From NCBI GenBank assembly GCA_018900835.1, contig JAHIFQ010000004.1:1-64000 (forward strand): a stretch of DNA of 64,000 nucleotides. The letters run 5' to 3'. This document shows positions 35,912-45,666 of this stretch, piece after piece. The notes beneath the pieces were generated by a model that worked only from the letters and a program-made list of their open reading frames with translations, had not been told where the DNA came from and did no database searches. The first letter of the stretch is position 1; each line of letters begins with the position of its first letter. A program made the translations under genes and the position numbers. The stretch is from Patescibacteria group bacterium. Its GTDB lineage: Bacteria; Patescibacteriota; Minisyncoccia; Minisyncoccales; PEYH01.

Positions 35912-36335
35912 AAGCTTACAGAAAAAAAGAATCAGCTTCCAAGAAGTGGGAGGGGTTTTAGTAAAGGCGGAGAAATGTCTTAGGGCGGCAGAGTTGCTAT
36001 TGGCAAAAGATGTAGATGAGTCGGTTTTTAAAGAAGCTTATGACTCTATGATTTTAGCTGGGCGGGCGTTAATGTTTTCTTTAGGGTTAAAGCCGCGTAC
36101 CATTGGATCGCACACCATAACCATTGATTTCTGCTCCGATTATTTAGGAAATGATTTTAAGACATTGACCGAAAAGTTTAGAAAAATGAAGAAGAAAAGA
36201 AACTATTTGATTTATGGCATCGGGTTAATCGTTTCCAAGACTGAAGCAGAGAATGCGCTCAAAACCGCGAAAGAATTTGTTGATAAAATCTCAAAATTTA
36301 TTCAAGCAAAAAATCCTCAGAAAAAGTTAGTTTAA
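35883..36335 (+). CDS. HEPN-domain protein (putative toxin partner of MNT)
   Basis: An all-alpha ~150-aa protein overlapping the MNT gene by 29 nt, with an R-x4-6-H-like motif (KKKRNYLIYG). The HEPN/MNT pairing is an established TA architecture. Confidence 0.5.
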   Translation: MNWKKLLENKSLQKKRISFQEVGGVLVKAEKCLRAAELLLAKDVDESVFKEAYDSMILAGRALMFSLGLKPRTIGSHTITIDFCSDYLGNDFKTLTEKFRKMKKKRNYLIYGIGLIVSKTEAENALKTAKEFVDKISKFIQAKNPQKKLV

Positions 36336-36355
36336 GCACCAAGACAAAAATATTA

Positions 36356-38284
36356 TTAGTAGTTAATTAGTGTAAGGGCTTTTTGGAAAAAGTTGCGCCA
36401 AATTGGTCCGGCTATCACAATACCGGGCATTTTTGCTATAGCGCTATTGTTGTTATTCCCCGTCCAAACACCAACAGCTAAGTCAGAAGTATAGCCAATG
36501 GTCCAGGCGTCCCTATATTGGTCAGTTGTTCCTGTTTTTGCGGAAACTTCGTAGCCAGGGAAATATAAAAGTGAGCGCGGCCCAAACATAGGAGTTCGGG
36601 CGACATTATCAGAAAGAACGTTGGTTATCATCTGACAGACCTCCTCGCTTATCACTCTTCTGGTTGCGCTTTTGTTTTCTTCAATAATATTTCCATCATT
36701 ATCTTCTATTTTTAATATCGCAGTAGGTTGTACCCGCAACCCATTATTGGCAAATACTCCATAAGCAGAGACCATATCTATCAATTTTACCTCTCCTGAC
36801 CCTAAGACCAGCGATGGACCGTAAAAACTGGAGCCCTGATTAAGGGTTGTGATGCCCATGTTATGGGCAGTGGCTATTGTATCAGCAATACCAGCTGCCA
36901 AGAGCACCTTAATTGACGGAATATTCAATGATTGAGCTAACGCCTGTCTAAGGGTAACCGAGCCCCTGTACAACCCATCATAGTTTTCAGGGACATAATC
37001 CTGGTCTCCCCATTTTCCAAAATTTGTTTTTTCATCAACTACGACATCGTCAGGAGTATAGCCCTTTTTAAAAGCAGTGGCATAAGCAAATGGCTTAAAA
37101 GCAGAACCAGGTTGTTGTCCTTCCCCATATGTTGCTACATTTACCTTTGGCTCAAACTTGCAATTAAGCCCAGGGACACATGCTTTTGGATATGACTCTC
37201 CAAAATAATCTTTTGACCCGACCATTGCCATTATTTCCCCGTTTTTCGGGCTTATTGCCACTAATGCTGCATTATATGACCCGTATGATTCGTTTATCTT
37301 CACGCCTTCTTTAACCGCTTTCTCTGCCGATGCCTGCAGTTCCAAATCAAGAGTTGTGTAGACCTTCAATCCATGTTCTTTAAGAAAGTCGCCACCATAT
37401 TTTTGATATAGATAGTTTTCTACGAAAAGAATAAAATGAGGAGCATCTTTAAAAGCAGAATCAAGGCCCACAAATTCGACCACTGCCTGAATTGTCTCAT
37501 CGTATAACTCTTCTGAAATATATTTTTCATCCAACATTCTTTTGAGGATAAAGTTTTTTCTTCTTAAAAGCGCGTCTTGGTGTTCTCCATAAGGGTAATA
37601 ATAGCTTGGCGCTTGGATAAGGGAGGCGATAACAGCTGCTTCCGGTAGAGTGATGTCTTGGATTGATTTTCCGAAATAAATACGGCTTGCTTCGCCTATG
37701 CCGTAGATATTCGGACCAAATGGAATCTGGTTCAGATACCATTCCAAGATTTGGTCTTTAGAATAACGCCTCTCAAGCTCTAATGTAAGGACCAATTCTC
37801 GTATTTTTCTCTTTGCGCTTTTTTCAAGCGATAAAAATGTTGAGCGGATAAGTTGTTGGGTTATAGTGGAAGCGCCTTGTGCTGGCTTTCTAAGCTTTAA
37901 ATCAATAAGTATAGCTCTTGCAATTCCAGCGAAGTCCACTCCGTGATGGTTATAAAAATTATCATCTTCAGCTGCCAATACTGCCTTAATCAAATGGTCT
38001 GGAACATCGCTTAAAGCCACGAGTTCTCTTTTTTCTTCTCCGTAAATTGTTCTTAATAATGTTTCTCCTGTGCGGTCATAGATTCGTGTAGGCATCACTT
38101 GTTCTCTTTCTGTGAAGACCTCGGGCCTTGGCAGGTCTTTCGCAAAATAAATAAAAACAGATAATCCAATAAAGCTAAAACCGATAATTGAAAATAAAAA
38201 AATCCGCCCCATTTTCTTTAAAATGCGCTTTGACCTGGAATTATCTCCATATGTTTGGTGATGATAAATTTTTAAGAACATCAT
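36356..38284 (-). CDS. Class A penicillin-binding protein (PBP1A; GT51 transglycosylase + transpeptidase)
   Basis: GT51 motifs (EDDNFYNHHGVD, RKPAQGASTITQQL) and the transpeptidase motifs SAFKPF, SLN and KTGT. Confidence 0.85.
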   Translation of the reverse strand: MMFLKIYHHQTYGDNSRSKRILKKMGRIFLFSIIGFSFIGLSVFIYFAKDLPRPEVFTEREQVMPTRIYDRTGETLLRTIYGEEKRELVALSDVPDHLIKAVLAAEDDNFYNHHGVDFAGIARAILIDLKLRKPAQGASTITQQLIRSTFLSLEKSAKRKIRELVLTLELERRYSKDQILEWYLNQIPFGPNIYGIGEASRIYFGKSIQDITLPEAAVIASLIQAPSYYYPYGEHQDALLRRKNFILKRMLDEKYISEELYDETIQAVVEFVGLDSAFKDAPHFILFVENYLYQKYGGDFLKEHGLKVYTTLDLELQASAEKAVKEGVKINESYGSYNAALVAISPKNGEIMAMVGSKDYFGESYPKACVPGLNCKFEPKVNVATYGEGQQPGSAFKPFAYATAFKKGYTPDDVVVDEKTNFGKWGDQDYVPENYDGLYRGSVTLRQALAQSLNIPSIKVLLAAGIADTIATAHNMGITTLNQGSSFYGPSLVLGSGEVKLIDMVSAYGVFANNGLRVQPTAILKIEDNDGNIIEENKSATRRVISEEVCQMITNVLSDNVARTPMFGPRSLLYFPGYEVSAKTGTTDQYRDAWTIGYTSDLAVGVWTGNNNNSAIAKMPGIVIAGPIWRNFFQKALTLINY

Positions 38285-38323
38285 AAGACAAAACCCCTGC
38301 CAGAAGGCAGGGGTTTTGAGGAA

Positions 38324-38515
38324 TTAAACTTCTTCTTCATCAAGATTCTCTTCTGTTCCGCCTTCCTCTGTGGTCTCTTCTTCCACAGGAGCCTCTTCTA
38401 CTTCCGCTCCTTCTTCCACGCCCTCTTCAACTGGCAGACCTTCTTCTACGCCTCCCAATTCTTCCTCTTCTTCCTGATTGGTCAAGATGTTAACGCTTTT
38501 ATCTTCGTATTCCAT
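38324..38515 (-). CDS. Small highly acidic (E/V/G-repeat) protein, hypothetical
   Basis: 63 aa of low complexity. It could be a spurious ORF. Confidence 0.2.
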   Translation of the reverse strand: MEYEDKSVNILTNQEEEEELGGVEEGLPVEEGVEEGAEVEEAPVEEETTEEGGTEENLDEEEV

Positions 38516-38597
38516 AATTGATTAAACTTAATTTACATTGGAAAATGAACGACCTTTTTAAATTGATATGCTCATTATAATTTTATCAAGTCGTTTG

Positions 38598-39092
38598 TCA
38601 AGCTTTTTTCGGAAATCTTTTAGATTCTAGGAGATATACGCAACAAATAGCCAGACCCAAGGCATCGGCAGCGTCGTCTGATTTGGGCACCTCATCCAAG
38701 TCCAAAAGTTTTTTAATCATTTTTTGCATTTGCATTTTTTGAGCTCTGCCATAACCGACAATATTCATTTTAACCTCCAAAGGAGTGAATTCGTAGATAG
38801 GTATTTTTTTTCTTTCTCCTGCCAACAATATAACTCCACGGGCCTGACTTACAGGAATGGCGGTCTTGGCATTTTTAAAGAAAAACAATCTTTCTACAGA
38901 CAAAGCATCTGGAGAAAAATCCTTTATCAAACCATTAACTTGGTTAAAAATTTGATTCAGTCGATTCTCTGGGGAATCATCTGGGGATGTCTTAATGCAT
39001 CCGCATGCAACAAAATCTATTCCTCTTTGAGATTTTCTAACAACCCCGTAGCCAGTCCTTGCCGTTCCGGGGTCTATTCCTAAAATAATCAT
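38598..39092 (-). CDS. ruvC: Holliday junction resolvase RuvC
   Basis: MIILGIDPGTARTGYGVV and the catalytic D/E residues. Confidence 0.9.
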   Translation of the reverse strand: MIILGIDPGTARTGYGVVRKSQRGIDFVACGCIKTSPDDSPENRLNQIFNQVNGLIKDFSPDALSVERLFFFKNAKTAIPVSQARGVILLAGERKKIPIYEFTPLEVKMNIVGYGRAQKMQMQKMIKKLLDLDEVPKSDDAADALGLAICCVYLLESKRFPKKA

Positions 39093-39101
39093 GAGTAGAA
39101 A

Positions 39102-39821
39102 TTATAATTTTATATTTGAGTAAATATCTTGCACATCATCATTATCATCAAGCGCCTCGAAAAGCCTTCCTATTGATGCCTTTTCTTTTTCATCAACATC
39201 TATCTCTTCTTTTGCTATCCACCCTAAATTGACTGATTCTATATTAAATTTCTTTTCTTCAAGAGCCCTTTTTACGGTTTCTAAATCTTCTGGCTTGGTG
39301 CAAACCTCAATAAGGTCATTTATTTTTTTGATATCCTCGGCGCCTGCTTCAATGATTGCCATTTCCAAATCATTTTCTTCCATTGCTTCAGGGATTTCTA
39401 AAATAATAATTCCCATATTTTCAAACTGCCATTTTACCGAACCTTCGTTTGCTAACTTAGCATTATTGTGAGATAAAAGTTGCTTTATATCAGTAAGAGT
39501 TCTGTTCTTGTTATTAGTAATTCCAGTGATTATAAGAGCGCTTTTAGCTGGCCCATAGGCCTCAAAACAAAATTCTTCCAATATCTCGTCCTGTAATTCG
39601 CCAATGCCTTTTTTGATTGCCCTTTCAATATTCTCGCTTGGCATATTAGCTTTTTTCGCTTGTTCAACAGCAATCCTTAGGCTTGGGTTCATTTGAGGGT
39701 CTCCTCCTATTTTTGCGGCAACTGAAATAACCCGGGATAATTTTGAAAAAATCTGCGCCCGTTTCCGGTCTTCTGCTTCTTTGCCTCTTTTAATTGTAGC
39801 CCAATGGCTGTGCCCACTCAT
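39102..39821 (-). CDS. yebC: YebC/PmpR-family transcriptional regulator
   Basis: MSGHSHWATIKRGKEAEDRKRAQIFSKL is the invariant N-terminus of the family. Confidence 0.9.
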   Translation of the reverse strand: MSGHSHWATIKRGKEAEDRKRAQIFSKLSRVISVAAKIGGDPQMNPSLRIAVEQAKKANMPSENIERAIKKGIGELQDEILEEFCFEAYGPAKSALIITGITNNKNRTLTDIKQLLSHNNAKLANEGSVKWQFENMGIIILEIPEAMEENDLEMAIIEAGAEDIKKINDLIEVCTKPEDLETVKRALEEKKFNIESVNLGWIAKEEIDVDEKEKASIGRLFEALDDNDDVQDIYSNIKL

Positions 39822-39870
39822 AAATATTAATTACTTATTACTAATCACTCGTCTGCCTCGGGCGGATTAA

Positions 39871-40494
39871 TCATTGATATTTTATCTTACTTGATTTTTT
39901 CCTTATTTTCAACCAAATTGCAGAAAAAACAACAGAAATACAAGCAGAAGCGCCTATGCTGATTGACAATACAGGAGCAAATTTTGAGCTCTTATAATTT
40001 TTGTCAGAAATAATAAGCTCTTTTTTAGGAACAATATTTTCATTTGGGCTGTTTTCTGATTTTGGCGTGCCTCCTGGGCTCTGGCTTGTTTTCCAATTGT
40101 TAGGGTCAGACCCTAACACATGAGAAACAATTCTTTCCATTGTTTTTTTATTCTCATTGTTTCCAGCAAACCATCCTAAAGAACAATCAATATTATCAAC
40201 AACTTGACCAATATTATCTAAAAGCAAAAGCTGTTTTCCCTGATTATTTAATCCGCCCTTGTATATGATGTCAGCAATGATTTCAGGTATTGTTGAATCA
40301 TCTGTCCGCTCAAGCAGAAAATATGATTTTGCCCCAATGCTTCCTGATAATTTTATTTTCAGCGATTCATCTTTTGTTTGAATAGTCCAAGCATCCAGAT
40401 TTACAGGATAATCGCCTGGGTTATAAAGTTCAATCCATTCGTCATTAAAAGAGTTCTCTGTGCCCATCCATGCCAGCTCATTTATAACAACCAT
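39871..40494 (-). CDS. Lamin-tail-domain (LTD) protein with C-terminal TM anchor
   Basis: VINELAWMGTENSFNDEWIELYNPGDYPVNLDAWTIQ matches the LTD signature (INE.......EWIELYN.....DLSGW.L). A C-terminal hydrophobic helix is present. Confidence 0.5.
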   Translation of the reverse strand: MVVINELAWMGTENSFNDEWIELYNPGDYPVNLDAWTIQTKDESLKIKLSGSIGAKSYFLLERTDDSTIPEIIADIIYKGGLNNQGKQLLLLDNIGQVVDNIDCSLGWFAGNNENKKTMERIVSHVLGSDPNNWKTSQSPGGTPKSENSPNENIVPKKELIISDKNYKSSKFAPVLSISIGASACISVVFSAIWLKIRKKSSKIKYQ

Positions 40495-40562
40495 CGGGTT
40501 TTCCTTGGCTAAAACAAAATTGGTTGCGCTGAAGCAAGCAGTTAGAAAAAGAAATTCAAAAA

Positions 40563-41618
40563 CTATAATAATTTTGTATTTTGTATTTTTGATTTTGGAT
40601 TTATCCCAAGGTGCTCGTATGCCTTTTGGGTGGCTATTCTTCCCTTGGGGCTTCTTATAATCAAGCCGAGTTGCAGTAAATATGGCTCGTAGACCGCCAA
40701 GATATTGTCTTGTTCTTCGTTGGTTGAAGCAGCCAATGCCTGTAAACCAACTGGACCGCCATCAAATTTCCGAATTAGTATTTCAAGAATTTTTCTATCC
40801 TGCGGCTCCAGCCCCATTTTATCTATTTCTAATGCTGATAATCCCAATTCAGTTATTTCCTTGTTGATTCTTTTCATTCCTTCTACTTGGGCAAAATCCC
40901 GGATTCTTTTAAGGAGTCGGTTGGCTATGCGCGGAGTGAATCTTGAGCATTGGCTTATGAGCATTATTGCTTCATCGTCTATTTCTAAGCATAAAATATT
41001 AGCAGACCTTTTTATGATTTTTTGGACATCATCTTCAGAGTAGAACTCAACCTGAAAAGTGGCTCCAAACCGGTCTCTCAATGGAGAAGTGAGTAGTCCA
41101 ACCCTTGTTGTTGCTCCTATAAGAGTGAATGGGGGAAGGTCTATTTCTAAAGTTCTTGCCATTGGTCCAGTGCCTGTTATAATATGCAGCTTAAAGTCCT
41201 CCATAGCTGGATAGATAATTTCTTCGCATGTTTTATTTAAACGGTGAATTTCATCAACAAAAAGAACATCTCTTTCAGATAGAGATGTTAGAATTGCTGC
41301 CAAGTCACCTGGCCTTTGAATCGCAGGGCCGGTTATAATTCTTATATTAGAGCCAATACTTTTGGCAACTAAGCGCGATAAAGTTGATTTTCCAAGACCA
41401 GGTCCGCCGCAAAAAAGAAGGTGGTCAACCGCTTCTTTTCTTTCTTGGGCTGCTTGCAGGATAATCTGGATATTTTTTTTTATTCTCTCTTGCCCGATAA
41501 AGTCCCCCCATTGTTTTGGTCGCAGAGTTTGGTCTAATGTTTCTTCTTCTTTTGAATCAACATTGTTAAGCAATGTTTTCTTTTTTTGAGCAAATTCACG
41601 AGAGGGGTTGACAATCAT
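40563..41618 (-). CDS. ruvB: Holliday junction helicase RuvB
   Basis: AAA+ with GPPGLGKSTL, DEIHRL and a C-terminal winged helix. Confidence 0.95.
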   Translation of the reverse strand: MIVNPSREFAQKKKTLLNNVDSKEEETLDQTLRPKQWGDFIGQERIKKNIQIILQAAQERKEAVDHLLFCGGPGLGKSTLSRLVAKSIGSNIRIITGPAIQRPGDLAAILTSLSERDVLFVDEIHRLNKTCEEIIYPAMEDFKLHIITGTGPMARTLEIDLPPFTLIGATTRVGLLTSPLRDRFGATFQVEFYSEDDVQKIIKRSANILCLEIDDEAIMLISQCSRFTPRIANRLLKRIRDFAQVEGMKRINKEITELGLSALEIDKMGLEPQDRKILEILIRKFDGGPVGLQALAASTNEEQDNILAVYEPYLLQLGLIIRSPKGRIATQKAYEHLGINPKSKIQNTKLL

Positions 41619-41753
41619 TTTGTTATTTGTTATAATAAAAGCGATCCCTGGCTGCTTAGGGGTTTTTCTTAGCCCGGGTAAACTGGCTCCGGCTGGGTTA
41701 TTCCTCGGAAAAATTCTGGTCTTTGTTGCCTACGAAGATATGTAGTCAGGGAT

Positions 41754-43055
41754 TTAGTTTTCACTAGTGACTCTTTTCACTTCTTCTATTGTGGTTATTT
41801 GTTCGAGAACTTTTATCATTCCATCTTGGAACATCGTAATCATTCCGTTTTCGGCAATGATTTTTTTAATTTCAGGAACAGCTGGTTTTTTCACAATAAG
41901 GGACTCAAGCTGGTCATTGATTAAAAATGCTTCAAATATACCCTGCCGGCCCTTGTATCCGGTAAAACTGCATTCTTTACATCCTTTTATAACAGCCATT
42001 TTTATCGGCTCCTGAACAATGGAATTAGGAATATTTTTCATCACCCTTTTTATTTCTTCTGATTCTTCCGGTGTTGCCTCTCTTATCCCAGCGCATTTCT
42101 TACAAACCCTTCTAACTAATCGCTGGGCGATTACCATATTTATGGCTGGGCCGATATTAATAGGGTCAGACCCCAAAGATATCAAGCGGGGGATGGCTCC
42201 AGCTGCGTCGTTTGTATGCAGGGTAGAAAAAACGAGGTGTCCAGTGAGGGCTGCTTGAAGGGATATTTTTGCTGTTTCTAAATCCCTGATTTCTCCGACC
42301 AAGATTACATCAGGGTCTTGTCTTACTATAGAACGCAGTCCGCTCGCAAAATCATATCCTTGGCTAGGATTAACTTCTGTTTGAGAAGTGCCGTCAAGCC
42401 GATACTCAATAGGGTCTTCAATGGTGATGATTTTGATTTCTGGATTTTGAATATATTTTAAAAAAGCGTAAAGAGTGGTGGTTTTGCCAGACCCGGTCGG
42501 TCCTGTAACAATTATCATCCCATTTGGTTTTTTGATTTCTTTTTTGAACGACTCCAACAAATCCTGCCTTAACCCAAGTTCTTCCATGCTTTTTAAACTT
42601 TCTGGATTTAGAATTCTCATCACAACCGATTCTCCGAAATCCGCTGGCAGGGCTGATGTTCTGATTTCTATCTCCTGCTCTTTATTTGTTTTTGTTTGTA
42701 TGGCGATAGAGAAGCTCCCGTCTTGCGGCTTATTATGGACATTTAGTTTAAGGCCTGCAAGAAGTTTTATTCTGGAAAGAAGTAAGCGGTATGTTTCTGG
42801 GGGAAAAAACATTACATCATGGAGCATGCCGTCTAACCGTATCCGCAGACGGATATCTTCTTCTCTGGGCTCAAAATGAATATCAGAAGCAGATAAAGAA
42901 ATTGCGCCTAACAAAACCTTTTCAATAATTTTTGTTGTCTCTTCATTTATATTTTTTTCTAATTCTGCCTTAAAATCAGCCGTTGATTTTATCGCTTTTT
43001 GCATTTGTTCGGATATTTGAAGAGGTATTATGATTTTGTCAGTGATTTTTACCAT
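41754..43055 (-). CDS. pilB: Type IV pilus/type II secretion assembly ATPase (PilB/GspE family)
   Basis: Walker A VTGPTGSGKTTTLYAF, Asp/His boxes and a C-terminal tetracysteine (CKKC...CKEC). Confidence 0.85.
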   Translation of the reverse strand: MVKITDKIIIPLQISEQMQKAIKSTADFKAELEKNINEETTKIIEKVLLGAISLSASDIHFEPREEDIRLRIRLDGMLHDVMFFPPETYRLLLSRIKLLAGLKLNVHNKPQDGSFSIAIQTKTNKEQEIEIRTSALPADFGESVVMRILNPESLKSMEELGLRQDLLESFKKEIKKPNGMIIVTGPTGSGKTTTLYAFLKYIQNPEIKIITIEDPIEYRLDGTSQTEVNPSQGYDFASGLRSIVRQDPDVILVGEIRDLETAKISLQAALTGHLVFSTLHTNDAAGAIPRLISLGSDPINIGPAINMVIAQRLVRRVCKKCAGIREATPEESEEIKRVMKNIPNSIVQEPIKMAVIKGCKECSFTGYKGRQGIFEAFLINDQLESLIVKKPAVPEIKKIIAENGMITMFQDGMIKVLEQITTIEEVKRVTSEN

Positions 43056-43065
43056 AAATAAAATG

Positions 43066-44157
43066 CTAAAAAATGATTTCCATTATTTTTTCTTTTATAT
43101 CATTTATCTTACCATTTTTTGATTTAAATATAATACCCTTGCCCTTGCGTTCTCCATTAAATGCCTCAAGTATCTTGCTCCCAGAGTAGGGCTTGGAAGA
43201 ATAAAAAACGCCACTTATGGTGGTTTGGTTGTCTTGACTTTCCCACAGAAGGAGAAGAGAAGGAAATTGCAGGAGATTGCTTGTGAGTTCTTTTAATATA
43301 AAAATTAAGTCCCTCGCATTAGCTCCTGATTCTTGAAAATCTTTTTTCATCAAAGAAATAGAAGGAAGTCGTTTGTCTCTGCGGAATTCGATTTTTTTCA
43401 AAGCGATTTCTAGGATTTTAAGCTGTTGAGCGCTGCCATTGTTCGCAAAAAGATTTAGCAATTCTTTATATTGAATATTAGGCGTTATCAGCTCTAAAAC
43501 ATTGTCCATTATTTCTTGATTAAAGCCATTGTCTTTGGAAAAAGCGATTATTCCAGCCAAAATCCATGTTTTAATATTTTGGTCTATTTGACCCTGAAGC
43601 AATTCAAGCAGTTGGTTGGATATTAAGGCCATTGGCAGGTTTTCAGAAATTAGATTTATGTTGCCAAACTTGTTGTTTGTCGTTTGATTATCTATATTCA
43701 GTATGGTGGTCTGATAAAAAAGCTTGAAATTTTTTTCATAGAAGTCCCCTAATCTTTCTAACCTATCTATCCCTATTGTTATCAGGAGGTCTGGCTCTGT
43801 TTCTGACAATTTTTGAAAATCGTCAAATATTATATCATCCTTGGTAATTTTTTTGCCCCGTGGACTCAAAAATATTTTGAGTATCTGTTTTTCCTTTTCA
43901 TAATACAACTCGGAGATTTCTTTGCCTTTGATAGAAATAACAAACCTATTTGGATTAGCGGTTTGAGGAAACAGTAAGGCATATTTTTGGGGTATTGCAT
44001 GAGGATGCAAATTTACAATCTTGCCTTTATTGTTTAAAGTATAAGAGAGGGAAACAGCCGATGCCAATGAATCAATGTTCGAATTTTGAGAAGTGAGCAC
44101 TAAAATATTTTTAGCGCCATCAATAAGTTTTTTTGCTTGGTATAGGCCTTCAGTCAT
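43066..44157 (-). CDS. DHH/NrnA-like fold protein with degenerate catalytic motifs
   Basis: The N-terminus ILVLTSQNSNIDSLASAVSLSYTL aligns to the DHH motif I-II region (HxNPDGDalgS), but the Asp/His residues are replaced. Confidence 0.3.
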   Translation of the reverse strand: MTEGLYQAKKLIDGAKNILVLTSQNSNIDSLASAVSLSYTLNNKGKIVNLHPHAIPQKYALLFPQTANPNRFVISIKGKEISELYYEKEKQILKIFLSPRGKKITKDDIIFDDFQKLSETEPDLLITIGIDRLERLGDFYEKNFKLFYQTTILNIDNQTTNNKFGNINLISENLPMALISNQLLELLQGQIDQNIKTWILAGIIAFSKDNGFNQEIMDNVLELITPNIQYKELLNLFANNGSAQQLKILEIALKKIEFRRDKRLPSISLMKKDFQESGANARDLIFILKELTSNLLQFPSLLLLWESQDNQTTISGVFYSSKPYSGSKILEAFNGERKGKGIIFKSKNGKINDIKEKIMEIIF

Positions 44158-44191
44158 TAATTCAATCTATATTTTATCAATTTAAAAGTCA

Positions 44192-44653
44192 ATGAGAAAA
44201 AAGATACAAACAAATTCCCATATCAAAACCCAGCATTTAGCGGAGAATATCGCTAAAAAATGCCTTAAAACTGGTCCTGATTTTGAAAATAATCAAGCGA
44301 TGGTTTTTGCTATGCATGGCGACTTGGGGAGCGGAAAAACGACTTTTACTCAAGGCTTTGCAAAAGGGCTGGGGGTTGTGGATAAAATTTTGAGTCCAAC
44401 ATTCGTAATTCTTAAAAAATTCCAAATTCCAAACTCTGAATTTCAATATCTTTATCACATTGATTGTTATAGAATAAATGATTCGCGAGAAATTCAGGAC
44501 TTGGGCTTCAAAGAAATAATTTCTGACCCGAAAAATATAATTATTATTGAATGGGCAGAAAAGATTGAAAAAGCCCTGCCAAAATATATTACAATTATTA
44601 ATTTTGAGTTTAAGCATAAGAATATCCGAGAAATTATTATTAAAAGCAAATAA
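44192..44653 (+). CDS. tsaE: tRNA t6A37 biosynthesis ATPase TsaE (YjeE)
   Basis: P-loop GDLGSGKTTFTQG and SPTFVILKKF (TsaE SPTF motif). Confidence 0.75.
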   Translation: MRKKIQTNSHIKTQHLAENIAKKCLKTGPDFENNQAMVFAMHGDLGSGKTTFTQGFAKGLGVVDKILSPTFVILKKFQIPNSEFQYLYHIDCYRINDSREIQDLGFKEIISDPKNIIIIEWAEKIEKALPKYITIINFEFKHKNIREIIIKSK

Positions 44654-44654
44654 A

Positions 44655-45581
44655 ATGTTGGATAAAAAACGATTAGTTATAATTGACAGCAATGCCTTGG
44701 TTCATAGGGCGTTTCATGCCCTACCTCCCCTTACCTCTCCTAAGGGGGAGTTAGTAAATGCTGTTTACGGATTTCTCTTGGTCTTTTTGAAGGCGCTTAA
44801 AGATATGAGGCCTGATTGCGTGGCTGCGACATTTGATTTGCCAGGCCCTACTTTTAGAGACAAGATATACGAGGAATATAAGGCAAAAAGAGTAAAAGCG
44901 CCGGATGAGCTTTATAACCAGATTCCGATAATAAAAAGAGTGCTTGAGGCGTTTGGAGTTCCTGTTTTTGAGAAACAAGGATTTGAAGCCGATGATGTGA
45001 TAGGCACCATAGCAAAGCATGCCAAAAGAAAGCAGATAATCCCAGAGATAGAAGTGATTATTGTTACCGGAGATTTGGATGCCTTGCGTTTGGTTGATAA
45101 AAATACAAAGGTTTATACTCTTAAAAGGGGCCTTTCTGATACAGTGATTTATGATGAGCAATTAGTCAGAGAAAGGTACGATGGATTAGCCCCCGAGCAA
45201 TTGACAGATTATCGCGCATTGAGGGGAGACCCATCTGACAATATACCTGGCGTGACAGGCATTGGCCCAAAGACAGCCATAGGGCTGTTAAAAGAATTTG
45301 GGTCTGTGGACAATATCTACAAAGCGATTGAGAGCGGAGAAAGCAAGGATTTAATCTCGCTTCGCATTAAAGAAAAACTTATTGCCTATAAAGAGCAAGC
45401 GCTTTTTTCAAGGGCGCTGGCGGAGATAAACACCGATGTTCCGATTGATTTTGTTCTTGAGCAATGCCAATGCCGACCGCTGGATAGAGAAAAAATAATA
45501 AAAATTTTTCAGGAGCTTGGATTTTACAGTTTGATTAAAAGATTACCAGAGTCGCATCAGACAAAATTAGGAGATTTTTGA
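44655..45581 (+). CDS. 5'-3' exonuclease (Pol I N-terminal/FEN-like, ExoIX-type)
   Basis: The start is placed at MLDKKRLVIIDSNALVHRAFHAL. The 36-codon extension in the ORF track overlaps tsaE and is rejected. An H3TH region (GDPSDNIPGVTGIGPKTA) is present. Confidence 0.8.
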   Translation: MLDKKRLVIIDSNALVHRAFHALPPLTSPKGELVNAVYGFLLVFLKALKDMRPDCVAATFDLPGPTFRDKIYEEYKAKRVKAPDELYNQIPIIKRVLEAFGVPVFEKQGFEADDVIGTIAKHAKRKQIIPEIEVIIVTGDLDALRLVDKNTKVYTLKRGLSDTVIYDEQLVRERYDGLAPEQLTDYRALRGDPSDNIPGVTGIGPKTAIGLLKEFGSVDNIYKAIESGESKDLISLRIKEKLIAYKEQALFSRALAEINTDVPIDFVLEQCQCRPLDREKIIKIFQELGFYSLIKRLPESHQTKLGDF

Positions 45582-45666
45582 TTTTAACGGTTCAAATCAC
45601 TTTATATTCTCAATCAAAATTCCTTTCAATGGAATAAATTGTTATAATAAATGAATTAAAAAAATA

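Noticed and set aside
44547-44654. 36-codon N-terminal extension of the 5'-3' exonuclease (ORF-track start at 44547). The same applies to the 20-codon extension of rpsT to 50401 and the 16-codon extension of ORF 26110.
   Set aside because: The extensions overlap the preceding genes or a tandem repeat and encode implausible hydrophobic or low-complexity peptides. Conserved protein N-termini (MLDKK..., MPIKK..., MTNNTKK...) begin at internal ATGs.
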